In this document: one piece after another, positions 25,180 to 35,877 of the stretch
How the letters are laid out: every line of letters begins with the position of its first letter
How positions within the stretch are numbered: position 1 is the first letter of the stretch
Source of the DNA: an uncultured Phycisphaerales bacterium
Lineage (GTDB): Bacteria; Planctomycetota; Phycisphaerae; Tepidisphaerales; Tepidisphaeraceae
Direction: 5' to 3'
NCBI GenBank assembly: GCA_963755915.1
Contig: CAVWLP010000002.1
Coordinates: 2,784,001 to 2,848,000, forward strand
Length of the DNA stretch: 64,000 bases
Notes under the pieces: model-generated
The model's input: the letters and a program-made list of their open reading frames with translations, nothing else
Database searches by the model: none
Told to the model about the DNA's origin: nothing
Translations under genes and position numbers: made by a program

Positions 25180-25325
25180 AAATTCGAAACTCGAAATTCG
25201 AATGACGAATCAAATTCGAATGACCAAAATTCGAATTAAAATGCCGCCGTCGAACCGCTTGTTTCGAATTTCGAATTTTTGAATTTCGAATTTGATTCGT
25301 CATTCGAATTTCGAGTTTCGAATTT
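25180..25325. repeat. Family A hairpin, empty form
   Basis: aaattcgaaactcgaaattcgaatgacgaatcaaattcgaa ... ttcgaatttgattcgtcattcgaatttcgagtttcgaattt; abuts the upstream stop codon. Confidence 0.92.
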
Positions 25326-27219
25326 CAATTTTGCGCTTGCATGGCGCTGAAATATTCCTTTTCCGCTTCCTGCGCCTCGCGCGGAACATGGTCCTGATCG
25401 ATGTCATCGGGCGCATCCTTTTGCGCGCTTGCCGCCACGTCCCTCAGTCCCGCCGTCGATCGCCCCGGATCGATGCCCGCCTTCACATACCGGCTGGCCA
25501 GGATTTTGCCCGTGGCGATGTCCTTCGACGGATCGAGCTCCTGCTTGAACGTCGCGGGGGAAACCGCGATGTCCATCCGTGCCCCGCCTTTGCCCGGCTG
25601 TTTCGACCACTGGCCGCCCACCGCATTCGGATCGAACTCTCCCTGTGTATCCTGCTTGGAACCCATCGCTCCCGAGCCGTCCGGCCCATCGGTGTTTCCG
25701 CCGCCGTTGGGTCCGTTCAGCCCCGCCGCGGCTTCCGCCGCCGCCTGGGCCGATGAATTTGCCGCTGCCTGCATCGCCTGGGCGTCTTTGGCATTGGCCT
25801 GCATCTGCTGCAACTGCTGTTGCATGGCCTGCTGCGCCTGGCCCATCGCCGAAGCCTGCGCCGACTGATTCGACGGCCCGCCCTGGCCCGGCCGCTGCTG
25901 CGATCCCGGATGCGCCTGCTGCTGCTGCCCGGCGGACCGCGCCTGCATCATTGCCATGCTGAGCTGCTGCGCCGCGCTCGACAGCGACTGCGCCTGAGCC
26001 TGCGTGTTGGCCAGCGCCTGCGCCTTCGTCATCATCTGCTGCATCTGCTGCTGCTGCTGCTGCGACGGGCCCTGGCCGTTGTTCATCTGCTGGGCCATTT
26101 GCTTGGCCATCTGCTGCATCTGCTGCTGCGCCTGCTGATTTCCCTGCGCGGCCTGCTGCATCGCCGCCGACATCTGCTGCGCCTGCGACTGCGTCGCCCC
26201 CATCTGCATAAGCTGCTGCGCGATCTTCTGCTGCACTTTCGGATCGTTCGCCGCGTTGGCCAGCTCGTTGGCCAGGTCCTTCGCCTGGGCGACCACCTTC
26301 TGCTGGTCGGCTGCGCTCATGTGATTGAACTTGTCGACCGCGGATGAAATATCCGTCATCGCCGAGTCGATGTTCCCCGCCTTCAGCTCGTTCTGCGCCT
26401 TGCCCATGGGCGTTGAATCATCCTTGGCGCTGGAAATCGCCGCGAGCTGATTCTGTTCATCCTGGGCCGTCTGGAACTTTTCGTTCTTATTCAGCTCATC
26501 GACCATCGTCTTGTTGTAATCCTGAAGCGCCGAAAGCAGGCTGCGGTGATTTCGCAGCGTATCCCCCTCGTCGGTGTGGATCGCCTTGTTGAGGTCTTCC
26601 GTGGCCCGCTTGATCTGCTCGCTGGCGTTGGGCATGGCCGCAGGGGCTAAGATCGTCGGCAGCGCCTGCTTCACAAATTGGTTCTGATGCGCCTGCACCG
26701 CGTTGTAGGTGCGCTTGGCATCGGCCGTCTTGGGCCGGGAAAACAGATGCAGCGTGGGCATCAGCACTGCGACCAGAAACGCCAGGGCAAACATCGCCAG
26801 CGTGGCGATCGCCTGCCGGGGAAACTTCACGGGGAAGCGCTTGTGAAGGCTCACCTCCGTTGCCGTCCGTTCGGCGTCGAAAACCGCCGCCGATGCAAAC
26901 GGGTCGGACAGTTCGCGCAGTAAAGCGCCGTGCTGAACTTCTCTTTGAGCCCAAGCGTCTCGTCGATTTTTACCGCCGCCTGCTCCGAGGTGGGCCGGCG
27001 GATCAAGCTGAAAATCCATGCCCCCACAACCGCCCCGGCCAGCCCGACGCCGAGCAAAATCATCCCATGCGATAATTCCCGGTCCAGCACCTTCTGGCCG
27101 ACGATGGCGATCAGCAACACCACCGCCAATCCCATCCCCGCCATCGCCAGGCTCTCCAGGAAAACCGTCAACGCCAATTTGTTGCGCACAGCGGAGATAT
27201 GACTATCAAGCCGGCTCAT
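25325..27219 (-). CDS. Membrane-anchored Gln/Met/Ala-rich coiled-coil protein, first gene of the MoxR operon; frameshift near 26930
   Basis: N-terminal TM helices, IDETLGLKEKFSTAL, a long QQMQQM low-complexity region, C-terminal VPREAQEAEKEYF. Confidence 0.75.
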
Positions 27220-27357
27220 AAGGTCTCCCTTAACAAATATTGTACGCTGACCACCCGAAGCAACAAGGCAAAAGAGGCATCATTCAATTAATCGGACGGA
27301 CAACTCGGCCATAAGTTGCATGTCCTATCTCAATATCGGCTCTATAATAGGTGTCGG

Positions 27358-28608
27358 ATGCCTTCCCCGGCCGCAAAGGCGATTCAATTTCTGATCGTTA
27401 TGGGCTTGGTTTGCCCATATCTAGCCTGCCCATGTCTAGTCTGCCTATGTCATGCGGCTCAACCCCCGGCCACCACGCAGTCCTCCGAAGAATCCGACGT
27501 CGCCGACCTTGTCAACGAAACCCAGCACATTTACGCCCAGTGGCAGGAACTTCCCCTGCTCAATCCCTGCTCCATCAACCAGGTCGTCCGCTTCAACGAG
27601 TGCCAGGGGCTGCTGGTCACGGATTGGCCTATCCTCAGCTCCAGCGCCGTGCAGCAGGAGCTCAAAGTCCTGGCCCCCAACGCCAATCAGGCTCATCCTG
27701 TCGCCAACGCGGGGGAATCCATCAGGGGACGAATCCCGCTTACCGATCTTCCCGGCCGCTCCATTCTCGGCTGTTTTTTCGGGCGTCACTCGACGGCTCC
27801 CATGTTCGATTATTACGATTTGAAGATGCCTCAGGCCGTCCGGCGGCATCTCCAGGTGCTCAGCGGCCCCCTCCACCTCCAGGTCGTCCAGGACTTGGAA
27901 AACGCCAGGAGCGGCCGCACGGAGACGATCTCTCTCATTCAAAATCTCGAAACCAACGACTCCGACCCCATCACCCTGCGCGTCCAGGCCCGGTCGGGCG
28001 ATCAGCCTACTCAAGACGTCGTCGTCTCCGCCCCCACGCTTCCCGAGCTTCGCCGCAAACATCCCTACGAATTCGAAAAATATCTTCGCCCGCTCTTCCA
28101 GCAGTTTCGGCAGGACCAATCGGTCTTCGCCGTGGAGGATCGCGTCGCCTGGCAGGTGATGGCCGCCCAGTGGCGCCGGCCGGCCGACATCGCCGCCCAG
28201 ATCGACCCTCTCATTTCCCAGCTCAATTCACCCGTTTATTCCCAGCGCCAGCAGGCCCAGTTGTCCCTCGAAAAGCTCGGCGAGCCCGCCGCGCTCTATC
28301 TCCACACCGCCGACCATTCGCAGTGGACCGCGGAACAAAAATCCCGCGTGAACGAGCTCCTCTCCCAATTCTTCCCTCTCAATCCCCAGCAGGCCGACCA
28401 GCTTGGCCGAGACGTCAACTTCCTGCTCGATTGCCTTGCCAGCGACGATCCCATTCTGCGTGCCGCAACCATCGACCATCTTGAATATCTTCTCGGCCAC
28501 AAAATCGACGTGAATCTCGACCAGCCCCCGCTGCAGCGCCTCGGGGCGATTACCCTCCTCCGCCGCCAGCTCATGCCCAAATCCCCCAAGGATGACTTGG
28601 AAAACTAG
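27358..28608 (+). CDS. Hypothetical exported protein with C-terminal HEAT-like helices
   Basis: ~416 aa, hydrophobic Cys-rich leader, LISQLNSPVYSQRQQAQLSLEKLG. Confidence 0.65.
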   Translation: MPSPAAKAIQFLIVMGLVCPYLACPCLVCLCHAAQPPATTQSSEESDVADLVNETQHIYAQWQELPLLNPCSINQVVRFNECQGLLVTDWPILSSSAVQQELKVLAPNANQAHPVANAGESIRGRIPLTDLPGRSILGCFFGRHSTAPMFDYYDLKMPQAVRRHLQVLSGPLHLQVVQDLENARSGRTETISLIQNLETNDSDPITLRVQARSGDQPTQDVVVSAPTLPELRRKHPYEFEKYLRPLFQQFRQDQSVFAVEDRVAWQVMAAQWRRPADIAAQIDPLISQLNSPVYSQRQQAQLSLEKLGEPAALYLHTADHSQWTAEQKSRVNELLSQFFPLNPQQADQLGRDVNFLLDCLASDDPILRAATIDHLEYLLGHKIDVNLDQPPLQRLGAITLLRRQLMPKSPKDDLEN

Positions 28609-28650
28609 TCGCATTTCGCGGCGACTGTGCGCATGATACGTTCCACGGGC

Positions 28651-29280
28651 ATGCCAAACGATTCCGACAAATCTCGCTCCGCCAACATCCGTCGCACCTT
28701 CATTGCCGGGCTTTTCGCCTTTCTTCCCCTGGCCGTCACTGGTTTCATCCTCTGGTGGGTGGACGACAAAACCGTCAACATCACCGACTGGCTCTTCCAT
28801 CGCCGGATCCACTTCCTCGGCGTCGTCCTGACCCTCGCCGCCATCTATGCCCTGGGGATGGCCACCAACAGCATCGTGGGAAAATTCTTCCTCCGCGTCG
28901 TCGACACGATCATCATGCGGCTTCCCGGAATCCGTCTGCTCTACCAGGGGTGGAAACAGATCGCCTTCACGCCCGGCGGCACCGAGGGAACCTTTTCCCG
29001 AGTTGTCCTCATCCCCGATGAGACCGGAACGATGAAACTCATGGGCTTCAGCAGCGGCCGGATCGTCGAAGCCGGCGAACCCTGCTACTGCGTTTTCGTC
29101 CCCTCCAGCCCCAACCCGATCACCGGCCGGCTCTATTTCGTCCGCGCCCAGCGATGCCAGTTCATAGACATGTCCGCCGAGGAGGCCTTCAAGATCATTC
29201 TCTCGACCGGCAACTATGTTCCGCCGCTCAAATCGGCCGACTTTCCCGAGGTCCCCAGCGCAAATTTTGCGACTCGCTGA
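28651..29280 (+). CDS. DUF502 domain membrane protein
   Basis: TFIAGLFAFLPLAVT, RLPGIRLLY, VFVPSSPNPITGRL, MSAEEAFKIILSTG. Confidence 0.88.
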   Translation: MPNDSDKSRSANIRRTFIAGLFAFLPLAVTGFILWWVDDKTVNITDWLFHRRIHFLGVVLTLAAIYALGMATNSIVGKFFLRVVDTIIMRLPGIRLLYQGWKQIAFTPGGTEGTFSRVVLIPDETGTMKLMGFSSGRIVEAGEPCYCVFVPSSPNPITGRLYFVRAQRCQFIDMSAEEAFKIILSTGNYVPPLKSADFPEVPSANFATR

Positions 29281-29364
29281 CGCGCGGCTCTTGCATCTTC
29301 CGCGCAATTCGCTACATTTCCTCCCAAAAGGATTTCTCACCAAATGCTACATGGAGGTAGCCAA

Positions 29365-30198
29365 ATGTCCCCCCTCAAGCATCGAATTCTCAGCGGCATT
29401 CTTAGTCTCGGTTTTGCCGGCGGCTCCCTGCTTCTGCTCACCGCCTGCGGCATGGACACCCAGGACGTTCTCACTTGGTCCAATGACGCCAAGCGTCAGG
29501 GCTTCCAGGCCTACAACGACGGCAAATATGCCGAGGCGGCCGGCGCCTTCCGCAACGCCATCCGCCAGAACCCCCAGGACCCCGAAAGCGAATACTGGCT
29601 GGGCATGTGCGACGAGCAGACCGGGTCCTGGCATGAAGCCATCGACGCTTACAAGACGTCGCTTAGCCTGATGCCCCCGCCCAACACCGTGCATTACAGC
29701 GTCTCGATGCACGACAGCGCCTTCGATCGCCTTGCCCACATCATCGCCGAGCACGACGCCACCGGCAGCGAGACCGACCTCGTTGCCCAGAATATTTCCC
29801 AGGATAAGCCCAGCGAAGACTACCGTCTGCTGGGCCGCATTTTCCGCTTCCGCGGTGACGCCGACACCTCGCTGGACAACTACCGCAAGGCGGTCCACAT
29901 CGACCCCGACAACTTCGCTGCCCAGCGGGAACTTGGCCTGTACCTCGAGCAGCTCACCCAGAACCAGGAGGCCGGCCAGGTCCTCCGCGACGCCTATCGC
30001 ATCAACCAGAATGACGACCAGGTGAACACCGCCCTGCGTAACATCGGCATGGAGCCGGGGCCTGGACTCCTCGCCACGGAAGAGCCGGCGGCGCACCCCT
30101 ATCCGCCGAGCATTCCAGCCGCCGATCCGGGTTTGCCGACGCCGGCTTCGAACAGCGAGATGCCAGCGCCGATGCGCCGGCGCCAAGAGACTGATTGA
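29365..30198 (+). CDS. TPR-containing lipoprotein
   Basis: GGAGG RBS, lipobox LTAC, TPR-like repeats (YAEAAGAFRNAIRQNP). Confidence 0.8.
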   Translation: MSPLKHRILSGILSLGFAGGSLLLLTACGMDTQDVLTWSNDAKRQGFQAYNDGKYAEAAGAFRNAIRQNPQDPESEYWLGMCDEQTGSWHEAIDAYKTSLSLMPPPNTVHYSVSMHDSAFDRLAHIIAEHDATGSETDLVAQNISQDKPSEDYRLLGRIFRFRGDADTSLDNYRKAVHIDPDNFAAQRELGLYLEQLTQNQEAGQVLRDAYRINQNDDQVNTALRNIGMEPGPGLLATEEPAAHPYPPSIPAADPGLPTPASNSEMPAPMRRRQETD

Positions 30199-30202
30199 GT
30201 AT

Positions 30203-30369
30203 AAATTCGAAACTCGAAACTCGAAACTCGAAATTCGAAATTCGAATGACGAATCAAATTCGAAATTCGAAATTCGAATGACCGAAACCCCAAGCAGCGT
30301 CCCCGCTATATGTTTCGAGTTTTGAGCATTCGAATTTGATTCGTCATTCGAATTTCGAGTTTCGAATTT
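30203..30369. repeat. Family A hairpin, empty form, between convergent genes
   Basis: (gaaactc/gaaattc)n-gaatgacgaatcaaattcg ... cgaatttgattcgtcattcgaatttcgagtttcgaattt. Confidence 0.92.
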
Positions 30370-30376
30370 CCGCCGC

Positions 30377-31074
30377 CTAAACCACTAACTTCAACTTGGG
30401 AATCTGCTCCCTGACGGCGGCCGGCTCCAGCGTCCCCACCCTCCAGTCCGCGTCCGAGAGCTTCTCAATCGTGTGCGACGTCGCCACCCCCAGCGTCGGA
30501 AACCCTGCTCCCTTCACTGATTTAATCACGCTGGGCGCATCCTCGATGACGAGGCAATCCTTGGGCTCAAGCGAAATCTTCGCGTGGGCCGCCACCAGCT
30601 TCATGCACTTCAAATACCCCTGTGGGTCAGGCTTTCCTACCGTCACGTCCTCCGCCGCCACGATTATTTCAAAGCAATCGCGCAGCGAAATCCCCTCCAG
30701 CATCGCCTCTATTTCTTCGCGCAGCGCCCCGAGCAGATCGCCAGGGGATAGTGCCGCCACAGCCCCCGCACAAATTCTTCCACGCCCGGCAGCGCCTGGT
30801 ATTTCCGCTCGCGAATCAGTTGCATCATGACTTCGCTTTTGCGGGTCATCAGCCGCAGGAGATCCTTCGGCTCGGCCGACGCCTTCCCATCCGCCAGGAG
30901 ATGCTTGAACGCCCCGCGATCGTCGAACCCGATCAATTCGCGGTAATACTGCTCCTCAGTCAGCTCCACCCCTTCGTCTTTCAGGACCGTGTGAAACGCA
31001 TAGAAGTGCAGCGGCTCGCTGTTGACGATCACGCCGTCAAAATCAAACAACACCGCCAGGGGCCAGTTAGACAT
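30377..31074 (-). CDS. HAD-family phosphatase; frameshift near 30735
   Basis: VLFDFDGVIVNSEP, GKPDPQGY, CLVIEDA. Confidence 0.88.
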
Positions 31075-31479
31075 ATCGTGGGGCAGAAAATATCGGTGCT
31101 TCGCACCCACGGCAAGCGAGTTTCAATTCCTCAATTTTCCACAGTCGTCCGGTAACAATCCGGTCCAATAAGATGGCCGATAAACATTCTGGGCCGGGGA
31201 ATCATCTGTTAAAATAGATAAAATAGATAGGTTAGATAAATTTGTCTCGCGGTGATTTCGCCGCAGAAAAGGAGATTTTTGCGCTGTCCCATTCAGGCGA
31301 AATCACAACTATTTATAGACAAACGGCTTATGCGAAATTCAACCGTGCCCGACCTCCTCAAGATTAATTCTCACACCCGTCGATACATTTCTCAGCAAAG
31401 GACCCTTACGGCAGATGGTGGCGATGGAGTCGTCAGTTTGCCAACCGGCGGTGGGCCCTTTTAAAGCTGGAGAGCTTCG

Positions 31480-31758
31480 ATGAGCCAGATCAACAACATC
31501 TCCCCCAACAATCCCATTCAGCAGATCGTCAACAACCCGGTCCAGAAGCAGATTCCGGCGGAGGCGACGCAAGCCCCATCCGACAGCGTTGAGCTTTCCG
31601 GCGTCTCGAACTACATGCAGATTCTCAAGACCAACGACGTTCGTCCCGCCAAGATCGCCGCGATTCGCGCCCAGATCGAAGCCGGCACCTACGACGCCGA
31701 CGGCTCAAAGCTTGACGCCGCCTCCAACGCGCTTCTCGACGAGCTGAATCAGATGTAA
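31480..31758 (+). CDS. flgM: Anti-sigma-28 factor FlgM
   Basis: 92 aa; DSVELS...DVRPAKIAAIRAQIEAGTY...KLD. Confidence 0.8.
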   Translation: MSQINNISPNNPIQQIVNNPVQKQIPAEATQAPSDSVELSGVSNYMQILKTNDVRPAKIAAIRAQIEAGTYDADGSKLDAASNALLDELNQM

Positions 31759-31798
31759 TCCGCGAAGCCGGCTGGCGTATGAGACCCCCGCAGCGCGC

Positions 31799-32993
31799 TT
31801 ACGTGTGATAATCCGCGTTGATCGTCACATACTCTTTCGACAGATCGCAGGTCCAAACCGTCGCCGCGGATTTCCCCAGCCGGCAATTTAAATCCACGAC
31901 GACTTCCTTCGCGTGAAGCGATTTGCTCACCCGCCGCGGATCGAACTTCGCCGGGCCCCCGGCGCGAAACACGGCCACGTTTTGCAGCCGCAGCTCCGCC
32001 TTTTCCGGATCAAAACCCGCCCCGCACAGTCCGGCTGCCGAGACGATCCGTCCCCAGTTCGGGTCGTTTCCATGCATCGCGCACTTCACCAGCGGCGAGT
32101 TTGCTATCGCCCGCGCGATGAGCTTGGCATCCTGCCCGCTCCGCGCTCCCCGGACGTCGATGCGAACCACTTTGGTCGCTCCCTCCCCATCGGCCGCGAT
32201 CTGATAGGCCAGCGAAGCGCACACTTCCTTCAGCGCCGCCCGGAAGGATTTCGCGAGTGAAGTCGAATCGATGGCCGCCCCTATCCCCGAAGCCATCATC
32301 GCCGCGGTATCGTTGGTGCTCATGTGATCGTCGACCGTCACTGCGTTGAAACTTTGCTCCGACGCCTCGGCCAGCATGGCCCGCAGCAGCGGTGGGGGGA
32401 TCACCGCGTCGGTTGTGAGGTACGCCAGCATGGTCGCGTGCAGCGCCAGCCGCGGCCCGATCATTCCCGAACCTTTGCACACGCCGGCGATCGTCACCCA
32501 CTCCTTCCCCACGCGATATCGTGCGGCCGCCGATTTTCGTTTCAGGTCCGTGGTAAGAATCGCCCGCTCAAACCGCTCGGAATGCCCCGCCGATCGCCCC
32601 AGATCTTTGGCCGCAGCGGCGATCCCTCGCTCAATTTTCGCCATCGGAAGAAGATGTCCAATAATCCCTGTCGATGACGGCAGCACTTCACTGCTCTTGC
32701 ACCCCAGCCCTGCCGCCGCCAACTCGCACATCCGCAGCGCATCCCGCTCTCCCTGCTTCCCGGTGCAGGCGTTGGCGTTTCCGGAATTCACCACCACCGC
32801 GCAATTTTCCGGGAGCCACGTGCCGTCGGCCGATCTTGATCGGCGCCGCAAACACTTTGTTGGTTGTAAAGACCGCCGCCGCGGCCGTCAGCGCATCGCA
32901 CGCCAGGATCCCGACATCCGGCTGCCCATTGGTTTTGATCCCCGCCCGCGCCGCCCCAGCCAAAAATCCGCGCGGTGATAACAAATGCAGCAT
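31799..32993 (-). CDS. argJ: Bifunctional glutamate N-acetyltransferase/amino-acid acetyltransferase; frameshift near 32820
   Basis: VFTTNKVFAAP, NSGNANACTG, KGSGMI...ATML, STND, DGEGATK, DPNWGRI, INADYHT. Confidence 0.95.
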
Positions 32994-33039
32994 CTAACCT
33001 TCCCTTTCTAAATCCCGTCTATCGAAATCAAAAAAAGAG

Positions 33040-33114
33040 TTTTCGCGCAGGAGCGCTGAGGCGCAGAGAATAAGAAACTCTCTTTCTCTGCGCCTCAGCG
33101 CCTCAGCGCGAAAA
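33040..33114. repeat. Palindromic element, 9-bp unit, family B variant
   Basis: ttttcgcgcaggagcgctgaggcgcagagaa ... ttctctgcgcctcagcgcctcagcgcgaaaa. Confidence 0.85.
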
Positions 33115-33159
33115 ACGCCTTTTCCATGACCAGGATTTTAGCGGGGGAGCATTAAACTT

Positions 33160-33768
33160 TCATTCAGCGGCCGACTTGTCTTCGCGCTTCGCCCAGAATT
33201 TCGCGCGCTTCCTGCGGATTTCCTCCGGCACGGGATTGCCCCGGATATACCCCGCCGTCTCGTGCAGCAGGCGGAAGAACGAAACGAAGTCTTCCCCATA
33301 AATAAACAGCCGGATTTTGCGCACTTCACCCGTTGCCTTGTCGCGCTTGCCTTCCGTCAGCACCAGCAGATGGTTCCCGTTAGAAAGCTCCTTCACCTGT
33401 GCCGCATACGTCCGTGGCCCCACCGAATGAAAATACTTCTGAAACAAAATCTTCGGCTCCGCCTTTTCGGCATCGGAGTGGTTTGCCCCATTCGCCGGCT
33501 TCCCCGCCACCCTCGGCGCACCCTTCACGGCAACCGACGCATTTACATTCACGCGCCCGTTCACCCGCACCGGCCAGCCCATTGGCTCGACCGTTTGATT
33601 GCCCATTCGAATGGCCGCCATTCGAGCGGCCGCCATTCGAGTGTCCATTGCCCGAATGCCCCCCGTTCGCGTGTCCATTGCCCCGTCCGACAACGATGCT
33701 TGGCCGAACAACATTCGATGCGGTGGCGCTTGGGCGAGGGGCGCTGGGCCGGACAAAGCCCTTGCCAT
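33160..33768 (-). CDS. DUF3276/PUR-like nucleic-acid-binding protein; start uncertain
   Basis: C-terminal ~90 aa KILFQKYFHSVGPRTYAAQVKE...LVLTEGKR...IRLFIYGEDF resembles the bacterial PUR repeat. Confidence 0.65.
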   Translation of the reverse strand: MARALSGPAPLAQAPPHRMLFGQASLSDGAMDTRTGGIRAMDTRMAAARMAAIRMGNQTVEPMGWPVRVNGRVNVNASVAVKGAPRVAGKPANGANHSDAEKAEPKILFQKYFHSVGPRTYAAQVKELSNGNHLLVLTEGKRDKATGEVRKIRLFIYGEDFVSFFRLLHETAGYIRGNPVPEEIRRKRAKFWAKREDKSAAE

Positions 33769-33983
33769 TGCGCAGTACCAGACGTGCGGATTTGTGTAGC
33801 CACGCGGTCTCCTTTACTTATTAAACGCCTTATGGGCAAGAAAGTTGCACGAAACTACCGCACTCGCCCGCCCGCTCGTTTTCAGCCCAATTCTCTTCCC
33901 ACCCAACGCCCTTTGCCCAACATCAACGTCGATTGCCTGATGCCCGATCCCCGACGCCACAGTACCCAATGCCCGACGCCCGG

Positions 33984-34601
33984 TCAGTTATTGTAGCTTC
34001 GCAATACCCCGATCACGACGCCCTGAATCCGGCATCGCTCGGCATCCACGATCCTTGGCTCCATGCTGCTGTTCGCCGGCTGCAGCCGGATCTTTCCGCC
34101 TCCCTCGCGGTAAAACCGTTTCAGCGTCGCCTCGCCCGTATCCAGCAGCGCCACCACCTGCTCGCCGTTCCGCGCCGATTCCCTTCTTTCAATCACCACG
34201 TAATCCCCGTCGCAGAGATGATCGTCGATCATCGAATCCCCGCGCACGCGCAGCACATATACCCCGGCCCGCGAATGAAACATCCGCTCCAGGTCGATCT
34301 CCTCGCGATTCTCAATCGCCTCGATCGGCGACCCCGCGGCAATGTTCCCCAGCATCGGCAGCTTCGTGGAGCGATTCTCGTCCGGCAGCTTCTCTTCCGA
34401 CACAATCTCCAGCGACCGCGCCTTGTGCTTATCCCTCCGCAAAACCCGCTTGCGCTCCAGCGCACCGACGTGCTCGAAGATCGTCACCTTGCTCGTCCCG
34501 AGCTGATCCGCAAGCTCCTGCATCGTGGGCGCATACCCGTTCAAATGCCGGTAATTCCGAATCGCCACCACCACATCTAGCTGCCTGGGCGTGAGGTTCA
34601 T
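33984..34601 (-). CDS. lexA: LexA repressor
   Basis: LTPRQLDV...GYAPTMQELA...HVGALERK; IAAG cleavage site; VRGDSM (Ser) and ATLKR (Lys). Confidence 0.95.
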   Translation of the reverse strand: MNLTPRQLDVVVAIRNYRHLNGYAPTMQELADQLGTSKVTIFEHVGALERKRVLRRDKHKARSLEIVSEEKLPDENRSTKLPMLGNIAAGSPIEAIENREEIDLERMFHSRAGVYVLRVRGDSMIDDHLCDGDYVVIERRESARNGEQVVALLDTGEATLKRFYREGGGKIRLQPANSSMEPRIVDAERCRIQGVVIGVLRSYNN

Positions 34602-34629
34602 AAAAAAATCCGACCCTTCCCCAGCCGTT

Positions 34630-34680
34630 TGTTCGGCCAGTGTATGGGCGGACATTAACCTAACATTTTGGGGATGTCAA
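34630..34680 (-). promoter_or_regulatory. Candidate lexA promoter (TTGACA-N17-TAATGT) with overlapping imperfect palindrome
   Basis: -35 at 34675-34680; palindrome TGTTCGGCCA-N5-TGGGCGGACA at 34630-34654. Confidence 0.45.
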
Positions 34681-34689
34681 GAGGGAGCA

Positions 34690-34793
34690 GATTTCCGATT
34701 TCCGATTTCCAATTGCCGATTGGAAAGGCCGGTGTGAAAGGTGCGAAAGGTGTGAAAGGTAAGAGCGCCGCACATTCGCACCTTTCACATCTT
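34690..34793. repeat. Adjacent 7-bp (gatttcc) and 9-bp (ggtgtgaaa) repeat hairpins between lexA and the dehydrogenase gene
   Basis: gatttccgatttccgatttccaattgccgattggaaa; ggtgtgaaaggtgcgaaaggtgtgaaagg...ttcgcacctttcacat. Confidence 0.75.
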
Positions 34794-34844
34794 CCCCTTC
34801 GTTCCCCAATTGATTCGCCGCCCCATATCTCCGATTATCCCTCC

Positions 34845-35851
34845 ATGCGCCACACCATCGTTCTCATCCCCGGCGACGGCATCGGGCCCGAAGTCACCCG
34901 CGCCACCTGCCGCGTACTCGAAGCTGCCGGCTTCTCCGTCAACTGGCTGGAAATGCCCGCGGGGGCAAGCGCCCTCGAGCAGGGCCATGACAACGTTCTC
35001 CCCGAGCAAACGACTTCCGCCATCACCACCCACAAAATCGCCCTCAAGGGCCCGGTGACCACTCCGGTCGGCAAGGGGTTCAAATCCGTCAACGTTCAGC
35101 TCCGCCAGAAGCTCGGCCTCTACGCTGCCGTTCGACCGGTCCGCAATCTCCCGGGAATCAAAACCCGCTACGAAGGCGTCGACATGGTCATCGTCCGCGA
35201 AAACACCGAGGGCCTCTACAGCGGGATCGAAAACGAAGTCGTCCCCGGCGTCGTCACCAGCATGAAAGTCGCGTCGCGCATGGCCTGCACCCGCATCGCA
35301 CGCTACGCCTTCCGCTACGCCACCCGCCGCCACCGCAAAACCATCACCGTCTTTCACAAGGCCAACATCATGAAGATGTCCGACGGCCTCTTCCTCGAAT
35401 GCGCCCGCCAGATCCAGCAGGAGGAATATCCCAACATCGAATACTCCGAGCTGATCATCGACGCCGGCTGCATGAAGCTCGTCCAGGACCCCGCCCGCTT
35501 CGACGTCCTGCTGATGGAAAATCTCTACGGCGATCTCGTCTCCGACCTGTGCGCCGGACTGGTAGGGGGGCTCGGCGTCGTCCCCGGCTCCAACATCGGC
35601 GACAACGCCGCCGTCTTCGAAGCCGTCCACGGCTCCGCTCCCGACATCGCCGGCAAAGGCATCGCCAACCCACTGGCCCTGATCATGTCCGGCGTCATGA
35701 TGCTCAACCACATCGGCGAAACCGCCATCGCCGAAAAGATCAAACACGCCTATGACGCCGTCCTCGCCGAGGGAAAAATCTCACCCCTGACCTCAAGGGT
35801 TCGGCGACCACAGACGGTTTTGCCGACGCCATCATCGCCAAACTGGCCTGA
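34845..35851 (+). CDS. Isocitrate/isopropylmalate dehydrogenase family protein (NAD-IDH-like); frameshift near 35785
   Basis: LIPGDGIGPEV, VRENTEGLY, HKANIMK, NLYGDLVSD, EAVHGSAPDIAGKGIANP; the natural end FADAIIAKLA* is in another frame. Confidence 0.9.
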
Positions 35852-35877
35852 TAACCTCTGCTCAGCAACTTCGCGAT

